Shown: positions 1-13,085 of the stretch, in pieces | Numbering within the stretch: position 1 is the stretch's first letter | Layout: the number at the start of each line of letters is the position of its first letter | From: Mobula hypostoma | Lineage: Eukaryota | Direction: 5' to 3' | Length of the DNA: 64,000 bases | NCBI RefSeq assembly: GCF_963921235.1 | Contig: NC_086097.1 | Coordinates: 136,154,001-136,218,000 of the forward strand | Notes under the pieces: generated by a model | Seen by the model: the letters and a program-made list of their open reading frames with translations, nothing else | The model's database searches: none | What the model was told of the DNA's origin: nothing | Position numbers and translations under genes: made by a program

Positions 1-906
1 AGCAGCTCTCCAGTGCAAATACCTGACATTATTATAAACCACAAAACGAACAGATTGTGTAAAATAAAAGCCATAACCAGGAGGTGTTCATGGCTTCATC
101 GACCGTTCAATATGGCGAGGAGCACCAAAGAGCCCGTTTCTGTGCTGTTCCCTCGCACACCCAATATCCTCCGGCACAGGAGGCAGTTCGGCCCATCGTT
201 CACGCCTAGCAACGGTCAGAGGCTCAACCGGCCCGTTATTTCTGTCCTGCGCCGTGCAACTACAGCCTGGCACTGAACTATTCGTGCCATCTGACAGCTC
301 TGGTTTTGCTGCCGTTTGCGGAGCTCTGACATCGTGCTGTGTCCGGAGGTTCATATGCAGGAGACCGCCTGGGACGCCCTCTGTTGATCATTACAGAGGG
401 AGTAGACACATATGAATGAATGGGTCTGGTCAGCCGCGCTCTACAATTAAAGTTGCAACGTATTTTCGATAGAGCCGTCCCCGTTAACAGAGCGGAGATG
501 TAAACTTATATATTAAAAAAAAGTAAATGGCCTCAATCAAGTCCACAATGAGGGGGAAATAATCCTGCAGGGGTCCGGGGAAAGAGAAGGACAGTGGGAT
601 TATTATAACGCTCCTTCAAAGAGCCGGTATTGTCTTGAAGGACCGAACGGTGAAGAACTGTATGTGGTGGATGATTCCACCATGTGAGAGAGGTATCGCT
701 GCCGTCAGACAGCCCCTCAGATACCAGTAGCCCAAGACAGAATTATAGAGGGTAGAAAGGCAGCCATTTGGCCCATCTCTCTATTCCGCTGAGTCTTGGT
801 TGACAATCCGAAATACAGGTAGTTTAAAGACAGGTGATTTTAAGGTGCACACCTTTCTTTCAGGCACACAATACACAACGTACACTTATAAACTGAGAAG
901 CGCACT

Positions 907-907
<1 letters not shown>

Positions 908-971
<64 letters not shown>

Positions 972-997
972 GCACACACACACACACACACACACAC
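908..997. repeat. Compound (TC)n(AC)n microsatellite
   Basis: Directly visible. Confidence 0.95.
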
Positions 998-1299
998 GTA
1001 GTCATATTCGGTTTCAGAGACACCTCTTTCTCTCTCTTACGGACAAAACGCGCGCACGTTGAGTCTTGGTCAGTGACAGCGGTAAAATATAAATGTTCCC
1101 CTGCTCAGAAATACGGCACGAACAGACTAAAAGTGTTAAAGAACATCCAGGTAGTAAGGTATCGGAAGGATTGGTTTCCAGGGAAGATTTGTACTCAGCT
1201 TGCCGGGTGGGCGGGTTTTAGAACCCCCCCTCCCCCCGAAACCCCATCGATTCACCGACCAAAAAAATGTTATAAAAGACGCGGAACTTCCTTTGGGCT

Positions 1300-1858
1300 G
1301 TACTAGTGTTAGAGAAAGTCAGTGCAGGGAAGAGGAGGGGACCAGAATAAAGAAGCCTATTAAGATTACGCACGGTTTAGTGGGAGGAAAGTAACTTTTG
1401 CGCAGAATTGGTTCACCCTGGCATTGATTTAATCTCTGGGCGCGCTAGAAACTAACTGTGAATGCATGCAAAGAAAAACGAATGCGAGTATTCTAAACAT
1501 ATTTAAGTTTTATTTATTTTGATAACAGACGCGTCCCAGGTTGATGCTGAAATAAATTTTCACCAGCTGGGGGAAATAATATTTAACCCTCTGCTACTGC
1601 GACTGAAGATTTGAACTGAAGTGAAAATTTGCAGAAGGTCTTGCTTTTTTTTCCCCCTGTGCGTGAGTTCTGCACAAATTCTATTCAGTATCTTTTGGGG
1701 ACGTGTATGTGCCGGATGATCCAAGTGGCCCCCCGAGCACAAGATGAAGTATTGACTCTATCCTGAGACTTGAAGACCTCACACATACACAGACACAAAC
1801 ACGGGACAACTGTGCCTAACTCAAGAGCAAGACCACTTCAATCAGAGGATACAGCAAG
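1300..1858 (+). other. HAS2: Putative non-coding exon 1 of HAS2 (start uncertain)
   Basis: Donor-like CAGCAAG|GTGGGT at 1858/1859. Splicing to 12459 gives GCAAG-ATG with A at -3. Confidence 0.4.
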
Positions 1859-2607
1859 GTGGGTGAACTGTTTTTTAATTACCCGACGGACGAGATTTTT
1901 TATTATTTGCAAAAGAAAACACTCCACTGATTTCCAGCATTTGCAGAATTTATTGCTTTGAATTTTGATTTGCTAACGGTTGATCGCAGCAACCTTTCTA
2001 ATTCTTAGTGACCGCTTGGAAAGTGAAGGCGCCCGTGTGCAGGAGCCTGCTTGTTAAACCGTACAGCGTTGGTGTACGCGAAGGGTTAGGCCCGTGGCTG
2101 GGGTTGGGTTAGACAAATTTCTCCGCACACCCACTCAGCAAACATCTGGCAAATCCAGCATTAGTGAGGATGGAAGAGCTATAAACTTTTTTTTAAAAAA
2201 AAGGATAACTCACAGAGAGCTGCGAGCTACCGGTAGATTTCGAGAGTACGAACTTTTGGTTAAGTTTTAATGATCGGCTCTCTTGAAGTTTAATAGCATG
2301 CTAATTAACTACACCAGGGTTAAGTAAATGATGCAATTCAAACCATCCTTATTTTACCGCCGTACAGAAAACTGCCGAGGCTTAATTGGATTTGGAGGCG
2401 GGGTAGGACGTTGTTTCATTTGACAGTGTGGCTGTAGCTGCAAATTGTCCTGCAGGAGATCAGAAAAGCGAAGGCAAAACGGGTTGGTGCCAGACCTGCT
2501 TCCCTGAACCCTGTAAGTTTTACACAGAAGAGGGGAAACGGGCGCAGGGCATTTTCCACCCAGCACCTACTCCCCCATTGTGAAGCAACCTCGTGGCGAT
2601 GCCGAGC

Positions 2608-2740
2608 AGGGGAAACGCCCCCCTCCTCCCTTCTTTTGTCGCGTCACAATCCCAACCCACGTCACGCCCAGCCACCTGATTGGCTGACTGCAGGGGGATT
2701 TCCCCTCGGGATTCGGGAGCCCCCGGGAGTGACGCGTGAA
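2608..2740. promoter_or_regulatory. Dense NF-kB / NF-Y / CRE half-site / KLF-Sp motif cluster
   Basis: CGTCA at 2642 and 2660, TGACG at 2730, CACGCCC at 2663, CTGATTGGCT 2676-2685 (AGCCAATCAG on the minus strand), GGGGATTTCCCC 2694-2705. Confidence 0.55.
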
Positions 2741-5700
2741 CAAGCTCAGTGGCCTCCGTGATATGTGAAATGAGGTGGCCAGTTTAATGGGCATGGAATA
2801 TGCCCAGTGACCAAAGATCTTGACATCCACTGAAGTTTGCTATCCATTGGACATTCCATTTTCTAGTCGACCAGACTGAATAATCCCACTGATTAAATAT
2901 TGCTATTTTCAGAATTTTCCCAATTGACCTCGTACCAGCTGCCCAAAATCCCCATTTATTGCATAATTCTAACATTCTCAGCCTCTGAAGATTAAATATT
3001 CACGCCACTGACCCCACTTGCCTGGAATGGAAAACAACTACATTGCTCAGAAGAACTTGTTTCACGTATTCAGGCCTGGCGCTTTTTCATACCACTAGAA
3101 TTGTAAATAAGAGTAAAACGAACAATACTACAGTTTACGTTAAACGGGAATGTTGGGAGGTCGTAGATTTGAAATAAGAACCATGCTTTTCTCTCCCAGA
3201 CGCTGTATGACATGCTGGGTATTGAAAAAAAATTCTGCCCCTTTTTTATTGGATTTAAACACCACTTTTTAGTCATTTCTAATGGGGTGCATTAGTGTTG
3301 GCAGCGCTTAGGTCAGTTACTGGTAGGCTTTGAATGGACTGAATTCAACACGTCCAACTAGTTACCAACCCAGCCTTGTGAATCGACGGGCTTCTGAGGA
3401 TTTGTCAAATGAATTATATTTGGCTTTGAATGCTTAAGGACTTTACAAAGAAAGTAGTGTTTCTCAAAAACCAGAGGGTGTGCAGACGTGGAACCCAACT
3501 CATTTAAAGATAGATGCAATCCAGTTTATCCAGTGTTTTTCCATTTGCGTTTTAGAATTCAGCAGTATTTTGAATCTTCCTTTGGCTTTCTCTGTTGGTT
3601 TAATCCTTGCTGAAGTTTTAAATGTTCCACTGGTTGGTCTGAAATGAATGATGAGACGTAATTATCACAGAACTGGGGTTGTGTAGTCTGGTCAATGCGT
3701 GCGGAGAATCCAGTGTTTAAATGTTTCCATCGACACCCCAAATACTAATGTTGCCTGGTGCCTTGCAATGGAGAGAAGACTATGGATCATTTTTGACTCA
3801 GTATAATGTTTGAACGCTATATTGAGTGGTTAGGAGTCAAACACAATGGCGCTGAAAATTAAAGTGCGGGACAGGAAGAGGCAATTGGAGCCAACTGGTG
3901 TTTATCCTCTTATGCAGACCCTCAATAATCCTGCTCTGATCCTTTATTCTTTCCTTCGCTCCAATCACAGACCCAACTCTTTAAATTGTCGACAATGTTC
4001 TCGGTTACAATCACCTGATTCCCAAGCTCTTTCCTTATTGGGAAATGAAATTACATGGGATCTGTAAAGTCGGAGACTATTTAGAAGTACGTTAAGGCTC
4101 AAGATATAGAGCCTTGATTGTTACATACACAGTTGCTGGGTTAGTTCAGTGAATCAGATCCAGATGTGACCCTTAACTTCCCATCTGCAGGGTGGGACTT
4201 TCAGCAGAGGCTGTGATTACGCCTCGCAGATGGCCCTGATTACCATCAGAGCTTGATTTGAGCATTATTAGAAAAGGATTTCTCTTGGCTCATACAAAAG
4301 AAGGAAGCTATAATCCAAGTTAGCCAAGTGGAAAGTGTGAGGAGTGTCTGCTGTCATTGTTCAAGACCAATCCTCGCATGTCACCAAGTCACTGAACCCT
4401 TAGGAATCAGCGCACCTTAGAAAGGCTTGGAGAGGAACGGCACCTTCCCCGGTATATTCGCGCTTGAGGACGTGTAAGGTGCTATACATCTGCAAGCTTT
4501 TCCATAGATTCCTGATGCCAAAAGGGCTGATTTAAAGAGAAAGTTTGGTGTTGACTATAAAGCTTTCATGGTATACCTAAAAATCCACAAACCAGGTTGT
4601 ACACAGCAAGCTTCTTCCACAGACAGGAGCACGAAAGTATCAGATCATCGGCTTTTGTGGCTTGTAAAGGCGGGGGGGGGGGGCGCGGATGGGATGTAAA
4701 TATGGGTCAGGGAATGCCTACAGTTTTGCTCCAAAGTGTTGCAAGTGTCATCAGAGAAGACCCTCCCACAAGTGCTCGAGTTCACGGATGTAATTTCTCC
4801 AGCTGAGCTGGTGTGGGACTTGAGCCCGCCACTTCTGGCACAAAGAGCATCGGCTCCATTTGAACCTCTGCACAGACTCCAAAGCCATTTCCTAATCACC
4901 ATACCAATTACATTCTGCCCCATATTCAGCATACTGTGTGGTCAAAGCCAAATAACTACAACAAAATAATGGCAGACAGTGTTATTGGTTCAGAAGCCTG
5001 AGTTATTAATGCTGACCAAACATTACCGTTCTATTGCTTGTAAATCCAGGATTAGTGATCTAGGCAGCACTAGGGCCTTTCCCCCCAATAACTGATCATC
5101 GCATAACAAACACAAATTCCTGAAGAACTCGATCAGTCATATAGCATCTGCGGAATGAGAAACCACTTAATGTTGGGGTTCAGGTACCTTTCCTCATAGG
5201 ATCAATGTGTCAACAGCAAGCAATAAATTCCCTGTATGCGTTGTGTCATTGAAATTAGAGGTTTACCAAACAAATGTGTGTGCTAGAGACATTATTTCAT
5301 GTGGGAATGTTTGCCACTTTGACTTATGTTGTTACAGGACACTTTCTGGTTAACTACTTACATCAGGTCTGGTGATGATTGATCCTGAAACAGTGACCTT
5401 GTCATTTTAATAACCTTTCCTAACACACCAACATTTTAATACCAAGACTGTTAACTGAATTTTGTTAATGGGGTTTGTAAGTAGAGTCTTTTAAGATAAC
5501 AATGTTCACAATAGCTCCACAGAGGACATGGCCTCCTCTTATTACTGCCATTGGGGAGGAGATACAAGAGTCTGAAGATCCACTCTCCATGATTCGGAAG
5601 CAGCGTCTTCCCATCCACCATCATATTTCTAAATGGTCCATAAGCCCGTGAACAATACCTCATTGTTCCTTTTGTTTTATGCACTATTTCTTTTTGTAAT

Positions 5701-5764
5701 TTAAAGTAGTTTATCATGTCTTTGCACTATACTGCGCTGCAAATCGACGAATTTCATGTTATAT

Positions 5765-5900
5765 ATAAAAGATTCTGCAGAAGTTGTAAGTCCAGATCAA
5801 CATGCACGAAATGCTGGAGGAACTCAGCAGGTGAGGCAGTACCTATGGAGAAGAATAGACATTCCACATTTCAGGCCAAGACCCCTCATCAGGAATGGGA
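5765..5900 (-). mobile_element. Penelope-like element terminal fragment with hammerhead-like motif
   Basis: Minus strand CATTC-CTGATGA-GGGGTCTTGGCCT-GAAA-TGTG-GAATG, followed by the ctgctgagttcctccagca terminus shared with RT/GIY-YIG-bearing copies in this window. Confidence 0.7.
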
Positions 5901-6654
5901 AGATTTAATGTCATTAAAGTTAGTGATAATAAACTAGATTCTATTTCTGATTCTGAAACTGAACTATATTTATTTCTAGTTGCTGGTGAATGCAGCAACT
6001 TTTATGTGTGTTGCTTGAATTTCCAGCATCTGCAGAATTCCTGTTGTTTGTATATTTATTTCTGCTCTGTCAGATTTTGTACCGTGCTGACATGGAGTAT
6101 ATACATCCCTGCACTATCCTTGTATATACAAAACTGAGCTCATATCTCAGCTCATTTTTCCCTGCATCACCCAGCCCTTGAAGCCACATACTCTTGTTAA
6201 GTCGGGAGAACAGTAAATAATCACAAGTTATACTGATACTTTGATGATTTCTTCAATTGACTGAACTCTCAGTGTTCTTGGTTGGCTCCAAACTGAGTCA
6301 TAGAGTCGTAAAGCAAACAGCATGGACTAGACCTTTCAGCTCGACCAGTCCCGGTGAATATGGTGCCCACACAACTAATTTCCTGTGATTGCCACATCTC
6401 TTTCTAAGCCCCAAGCCTCCTTTTACTTATCCAAGTCCATCTTAAATGACACTGTTGGATCCACCTCAACCACTTCATCTGGCAGTTTGTCCCTCAGATC
6501 CCTGTTCAGTCATTCCCTTCTCACCCTAAACTGATGCCTTCTAGTTTTGGACTTTTCCAGAAGCAAATCAGGCCCTATGTCCTACGACGTTGCACTGAAT
6601 TAATTAAACCAATGACTTTTAATTAATCTAAACCCTTTTCCACACACATTTAAA

Positions 6655-7275
6655 ATTCAAAGAAAATGTATTCAAGTACATACAGTATATGTCACCATAT
6701 TTATTTTCTTGTGGGCAATCATTGTAAATACAAATAAACACAATAGAATCAACAAAAACACCACACACAGCAATGATGGACAAGCAACTGAAGAGCAAAG
6801 AATAACAAACTAAGCAAATACAGAAAGACAAGGCATAAATATTGAGAACATGAGTTGTAGAGTTCTTGAAAATGAGTCCATAGGTTGTGGGAATCAGTTC
6901 CACGTTGGGGCGAGTGAAGTTGAGTGAGGTTATCCACTCTGGTTCAAAAGCCTGACGGTTGAGGGGAAATAACTGTTTCTGAACTTGGTTGTGTGGGACT
7001 TGAGGTTCCTGTACCTCCGTTTTGACGACAGCAGCAAGAAGACAGCATGGCCTGCTCCTTGTAGATGTGTGCAATGGTGAGAAGAGCTTTACCTGTGATA
7101 AACTGAGCTATATCCATCTGGTATTTCCTTACCAGGCTGTGATGCAGCCAGTCAGTATATGCATCGCGCATCTGTAGAAGTTTTTCAAAGTTTTAGATGA
7201 CATTCGGAATCTTTGCAAACTTCTAAGAAAGTAGAGGCGCTGCTGTGGATTCTTTGAAATGGCAGTTACATGCTG
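6655..7275 (-). mobile_element. Rex1/Babar-type LINE 3' fragment, degenerate
   Basis: Similar to the 60590-60775 and 63373-64000 pieces; remnant coding for the GCITAW...LQ...AQ.ITG motif. Confidence 0.6.
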
Positions 7276-7677
7276 AAATGATAATACATTAACTATATAT
7301 TCCTCCCTTTTCTACATATTGATGTGTCTGTCTAACAGTCCCTTAAATGTTCCTTTGCTCTCTGCCTTCACCATCCTAGCAGTGCATTCCTGGCTCCCAT
7401 CACTCTCTGTGTAAAAACATCAACTTTGCACTTTTTCTCACATTAAAGACATGCCCTCTAGTACTCATGTCCTCAAGATACCACCTGTCTAATTTTACCT
7501 GCATAATTTGGTAAGTGTTTATCAAATGTTCCCTCAATCTCTGCCAGCCTTGGGTTGTCCAATGCTTCCTCACATCACATGTCCTCTAAATGATGTAGCG
7601 TCCTGGTAAACCAAACTGCATCCTCTCCAAAGCCTCCACATTCTTGAAATGAATACCATACTCTGGATGGGGCCTAA

Positions 7678-8190
7678 AGGCTGATTTATACTTGTGCGTA
7701 TCAGCTTACGCCACAGCCTACACAAGTGGGCTACGCTGTTGTGAGCATTTATTCTTTTGCATTGGTGTGTCTGCGTCGCTCTGCAATTCGCACATGTCAT
7801 GCATGCGCACACACCTGCCCATGCAGGGCTTCATGGTCATGGTAGTCTTTCTCGGAGTAAACAAGTTTAAAGTGAGCGTCTTTTTGTAAAAGCGAAATGT
7901 GTCCTCCATAATTTCGGAGGTCTGTAAAGCTTTATGGAAAGCATTGCAGCCAGAGTTCCTTCCTTGCCCTTCAGTTGCCCAATGGGAAGCTGTTGCAGCG
8001 TAGGAGGAAATACAATGCTACCAAGCAAACCAATCACAGTTGTTGCAGTCTGCGTTGCCGCGATGCGTAGTTACATTTTGGGAGAGGTGCGCGTTAGGCT
8101 ACGGTGTAAGGATCCATGTAGGCACTGTGTAGGGTTTATGGCTATGCCGTTCCTATGGCGTCGATTTGATGCACAAATATAAATCAGCCT
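7678..8190. mobile_element. Non-autonomous PIF/Harbinger-type DNA transposon (MITE), 513 bp
   Basis: TIRs AGGCTGATTTATACTTGTGC and GCACAAATATAAATCAGCCT, with 3-bp TSD TAA (7675-7677, 8191-8193). It interrupts an old CR1 fragment. Confidence 0.85.
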
Positions 8191-9531
8191 TAAGCAGAAT
8201 TTTATAAAGCTGCAACATGAGTTTCTGGCTCTTGAGCTCAATGGCTCGACTAAAGAAGGCAAGCATACAATATGTCTGCTTTACCCCCCAGCCAACCTGT
8301 GCAGCCACTTTCAGGGAGAAATCAGCATTACGTTTCAAGTCACCTCTGAGTACTTGAGCCACCATAAAGAGCAGGACCATGGGCTGAGGGCTGGGGTGAT
8401 TTTGTTTTTGGTCAACGTGGATAGATTAGGATAAAATGCAACCTTGCAAGCCATCACTATCTGTGATTCTATAAACCAAATCAGGAGATAAACGTTAGGA
8501 ATTTGGTTCAAGATACTGGAATAATTAGTTATAGTCAAGGCATCCTCTTTCATTTGTTCCTTCACTTGGTAATCTCACAATTTAATATTAAATATAATTT
8601 TAGTTTGCTGATTCCTCTTTGTAAAGATTTGTCACCAAAGCTCATAAAAACAGTGTTTACTTGCCTGCTGTGTTGTGTTTTTCTCAGGAATATTTTGAAA
8701 GATCTTACTCACCTTTACTCACCACCTGAATGATTATTATTTTTTGGGTTATATCCTCGCTCAATAAGCAATGGAAAAACCAAGCCTTCTACACTGCAAA
8801 CCTGGCATGGGGTATGATTAATATTCCCTCACTAACTGAGAGGTCAGGAGACAAGAGACTCACAGTCAGGAGTAATGCACTCCCATGCTCGCCACAAATA
8901 AGTGATTTTTCTTTAATCAACATATGTTGTAAATGGGCCAATGACTTGGAGCAGGGGTCTGCCTGCCAGATGAGGGCGATGACATTTCAACGTGAGCCTC
9001 CTCTAAGGCAGCAGATGAATAAACATACAGAATGGCCAAAGGAAAAATGAATAATGGTATGTTTGCCTAAACGTAGCTTCTGTTAAATAATTGAGACCTG
9101 TGTCCCTTTGATGGTGGGTGAGGTGAGGGGGTGGAGTCTGAAATATAAGCCCTTCTACGGCTCTGGCTACAGACTTCAGGAAGTCAAGTTAGTCATCTCA
9201 TTAAACAAGGTTGACTTTGTTACTGATTATTTCAGGACAGAGTCTCCAACTCTATTGAATTAAAATAATCACGTTTCTCAACTCTGATCAATGGTTCACC
9301 AACAAATACCAACTGCAGGCGTCCCAAACTTGCAAAGTGGAAACTAACCTTCAGAGTTTGCCATCTGTTAATGAATGCATCTTCAGAGGGAGTGATAGAG
9401 AGATACATCACAGCAATGGGCTATCGGCCCACACTGTCTCAAATGGCCAACTATCCTGCAAATCGTATCTTAACCCACTTTATTCTTTCCACATTTTCAT
9501 CAACTCACACGCCCCCCAGCCCTCCCCAATT

Positions 9532-10009
9532 CATAGAAACATAGAAATTAGGTGCAGGAGTAGGCCATTTGGCCCTTCGAGCCTGCACTGCCATTCAGTA
9601 TGATCATGGCTGATCATCCAACTCAGAACCCTATACCTGCTTTCTCTCCAAACCCCCGATCCCTTTAGTCACAAGGGCCATATCTAACTCCCTCTTAAAT
9701 ATAGCCAATGAACTGGCCTCAACTGTTTCCTGTGGCAGAGAATTCCACAGATTCACCACTCTCTGTGTGAAGAAGTTTTTCCTAATCTCAGTCCTAAAAG
9801 GCCTTTATCCTTAAACTGTGACCCCTCATTCTGGACTTCCCCAACATTGGCAACAATCTTCCTGCATCTAGCCTGTCCAATCCCTTTAGGATTTTATACA
9901 TTTCAATAAGATCCCCCCTCAATCTTCTAAATTCCAGCGAGTATAAGCCTAGTCGATCCAGTCTTTCATCATATGAAAGTCCTGCCATCTCAGGAATCAA
10001 TCTGGTGAT
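9532..10009 (-). mobile_element. CR1 LINE 3' fragment
   Basis: ORF 9794-10000 (GLSYDERLDRLGLYSLEFRRLRGDLIE) and a TTTCTATG-type tail. Nearly the reverse complement of 51740-52225. Confidence 0.9.
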
Positions 10010-10924
10010 TCCAGTACAGATTTACACCGGCTAGTTAACCTACCAAGTCAGAACACAGAGAGGAAACCCTTGTGATGATAGGGAATAGACACAGCCGGTG
10101 CTGGAGGTCAGGACTCTACCCAGGCCACTGGAACTAGAGGCAGTGGGTCTACTGGCTGTACTGTACCACTGTGCTGCCCTGATTGTTAACCATGTTGGTC
10201 TTTGTGGGAACTTGCTGTGCCCACATTAACTCTCATGTTGTTATATCATATAGAATCTTAGAATCTGAGTAGCAGGCACTTCGGCCCATCATATCCATGC
10301 TTGCCACCCATTGTACCTTTTTCCTCTTGTCCCAGTCAAACCCACTGGGTCCGTAGCCTAAACCATCGTTAAATGCTGGGGAATCTGGCCAGGATTGAAC
10401 CTGCAGTTATCAGGCAGGAGCTCTGCTAGTGGGTAAAACATTATCAGAACTTCACGGGCTATTACTGGGTGATTACCCTGGGAATGTGTACCTGGAGTTG
10501 AATTGCATTTGCATAAAACATTTGCCAGTTTAACGTTAAAGCATTTTTGAAGAGGAAAAGGCCGAGCGTAAGCCAACAGAAAGAACACTGTCTCTTGAAA
10601 GGTAACATAAATAGAGACAAATGGAAAAGCAAACATTACAGCACGAAACACAGGCCAAGGCCCAATAAATATAGGCAGCTAGACATGAGCAAGGCAAGAG
10701 TAGCATGCCTGCTGGCTCTCCCCTTCAGTACACAGACTCGGGGAGGGAAAAAATAACATTTAGGTCTTCCGACATCATTCAGTGCTCATGAGCAGTTTGC
10801 TGTTAGGATCCAGATTTAACTCATGTGTTGGTGAACATTTGCACTTTCAAATCACAGCATCAGCTAAGTCAAAATGTAACAATTGCATCAGGCCATTCAG
10901 CCTTCCAACTTGGTCTATCATTCC

Positions 10925-11440
10925 GTTACATTGTGCTGCAGCAGTATAGTGCAAAGACATACAATTGCTATCATTTCTAAAATTTAAAAAATAGTGCAAA
11001 GAGAAAGGAAATAACAAGGTAGTGTTCATTGGTTCATAAACCGTTCAAAGATTCTTTGGAAAAGGGGAACAAAGTGGTTTCTGAATCATTGAGTGTAGGT
11101 CATCAGATTCTTGTACCCCCTCCTCAATGATAGTGATGAGAAATGAGCATGTCACAGACGGTGAGGGTTCTTAGCAATGAACACCATGTTCTTAATGCAC
11201 CACTTTGTAAAGGTGCCCTCAAATTGTGCGGAGGGAGTCTCCGCAGTGGAGTAGGCTGAGGCTACAACCTTCTGCGGCCTCTTGCAACCCTGTGTCATAG
11301 GACCTCCATACCAAGCTGTGATGCAACCAGTGAGACTGCTCTCCTCTGTACATGTGCAGAAATCTGTAAGAGTCTTTGGTGACGTACCAAATGCCCTCAT
11401 ATTATATTCTACTGTGACTTCTTTGTGATTGCATCAACAT
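10925..11440 (-). mobile_element. Rex1/Babar-type LINE 3' fragment
   Basis: ORF 11152-11400 FGTSPKTLTDF...ESSLTGCITAWYG. Confidence 0.7.
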
Positions 11441-12095
11441 AGAGCAGTACAACACAGGAGCAGGCCATTCGGCCCACAAATTCTATGCTGACCATGGTGC
11501 TTATTTAAACTATTGGTAATTAGCTTATTATTGTCAGATATACTGAGATAGAGTGATAAACTCTATTTTGCAACCATCCATACAGATCACTTCATAACAT
11601 TGGTACACTGTAAAGGGTAAAGTAGCAACATTCCCTCATCGGTAACCTTTAATGCTCTTGCCTGTTAAAAGACTTAAATTTAGAAATTCTTAACTCATAG
11701 GTGGGCTACAGTCACAGAGGATTTTTTAAGGGAAAGAGCTACAAATTCACCCCACCCTTTGTGTAACAAGGCCCCACTAAAGGTGAAACCCTCCCATTAA
11801 GGTTTTATACCATTGTTCCTCTCACTAGAACACAGATGTCCACAATCCACGGAGTTATTGATGAACGGTTCCTGCCCAGCCCCAGAGAGAACAACCTCTC
11901 TACGGACTGCTGCCATATTTTAATTCCCTGTATCTACTTGTTGGAAAATGACAAATGATGGTGTCAGTGGAGAGGACAAAGTGAGAGAGTGAAAGGGAGG
12001 TAGGAAGGAGAAGGGGAGTAAGACGGGGGGGAGGAGGGAGAGAATGGGAAAGGGTGTAGGAGAGAGGGTGGTTGAGAGATCAGAAGGGAAAAGAT

Positions 12096-12097
<2 letters not shown>

Positions 12098-12128
<31 letters not shown>
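12098..12128. repeat. (GA)n microsatellite within a purine-rich tract (about 11970-12260)
   Basis: Directly visible. Confidence 0.9.
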
Positions 12129-12132
<4 letters not shown>

Positions 12133-12458
12133 GGAAAGGAGTGAGGGGAAAGTGAGAGTGGTGGAGTAGCAGAGTTGGGTAAAAATAAAGGGAGGTGTAA
12201 AATTAGAATGAAGAGAGAGAGAGTGAGAAGCGAGGTTTTAGAAAGAGGAGGGAGGGAGATTGTGGTGCAGGGAGCCCTACTGGAGTGGCTGGGGACAAGG
12301 TTTGTTATTGCAGCTAAAAGTGACTCTAGTCAAGCAAAACTAGATGACCTTGGGCCAATTAACCACTTCTAGCAAAATTTATCCCTCATGACGAGAAAAT
12401 TTTATCAATAATTTGTTACTTTCTAGAAATTAAAACTCTTCTCTCTCTGACCTTACAG

Positions 12459-13085
12459 ATGCGCTGCAAAAGCCTCTCCTCCATCCTGCGGATAGTGGGG
12501 ACCACCTTGTTTGGCCTGGCTCTTCTGGTGGGTATCGCAGCTGCTTATATCGTAGGTTATCAATTCATAGCCACGGACAATTACTACTTTTCCTTCGGAC
12601 TATATGGAGCTATCTTAGCCCTCCACCTCCTTATTCAAAGCTTCTTTGCGTTCTTGGAGCACCGGAAGATGAAGCGGTCACTGGAGACCCCCATCAAACT
12701 GAACAAGACAGTGGCCCTGTGCATTGCTGCCTACCAGGAGGACCCTGACTACCTGAGGAAGTGCTTACTCTCCGTCAAAAGGTTGTCCTACCCGGGAATG
12801 AGCGTGATCATGGTCATTGATGGGAACAGCGAGGACGACCGCTACATGATGGAGATATTCAGCGAGGTGATGGGAAGGGACAGCTCTGCCAGCTACCTGT
12901 GGAAGAGCAACTTCCACGAGCGGGGACCAGAGGAGAGCGAGGAGTCACACAGGGAGAGCATGCAGTACCTCACGAGGCTGATCAGATCCAACAAGAGTGT
13001 CTGCGTGATGCAGAAGTGGGGAGGCAAGCGAGAAGTTATGTACACTGCGTTCAAGGCACTGGGTCGGACTGTGGATTATGTACAA
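12459..13085 (+). CDS. HAS2: Hyaluronan synthase 2, first coding exon (aa 1-209)
   Basis: Translation MRCKSLSSILRIVGTTLFG...YQEDPDYLRKC...IDGN...QKWGGKREVMYTAF...VDYVQ is colinear with the vertebrate HAS2 N-terminus. The acceptor ccttacag lies directly before the ATG and the donor CAA|gtaagg is at 13086. Length 627 nt, phase 0. Confidence 0.97.

Larger units (their letters stand above)
1..2800. promoter_or_regulatory. CpG-retaining, TE-poor region; probable HAS2 promoter / exon 1 / 5' intron 1
   Basis: CpGs are visibly denser than elsewhere in the window (not computed). ATTGG near 1170 and 1407, GC box GGGCGG 1209-1214, TATAAAAG 1271-1278. The HAS2 ATG sits right after a splice acceptor, so an upstream non-coding exon is required. 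Confidence 0.55.
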
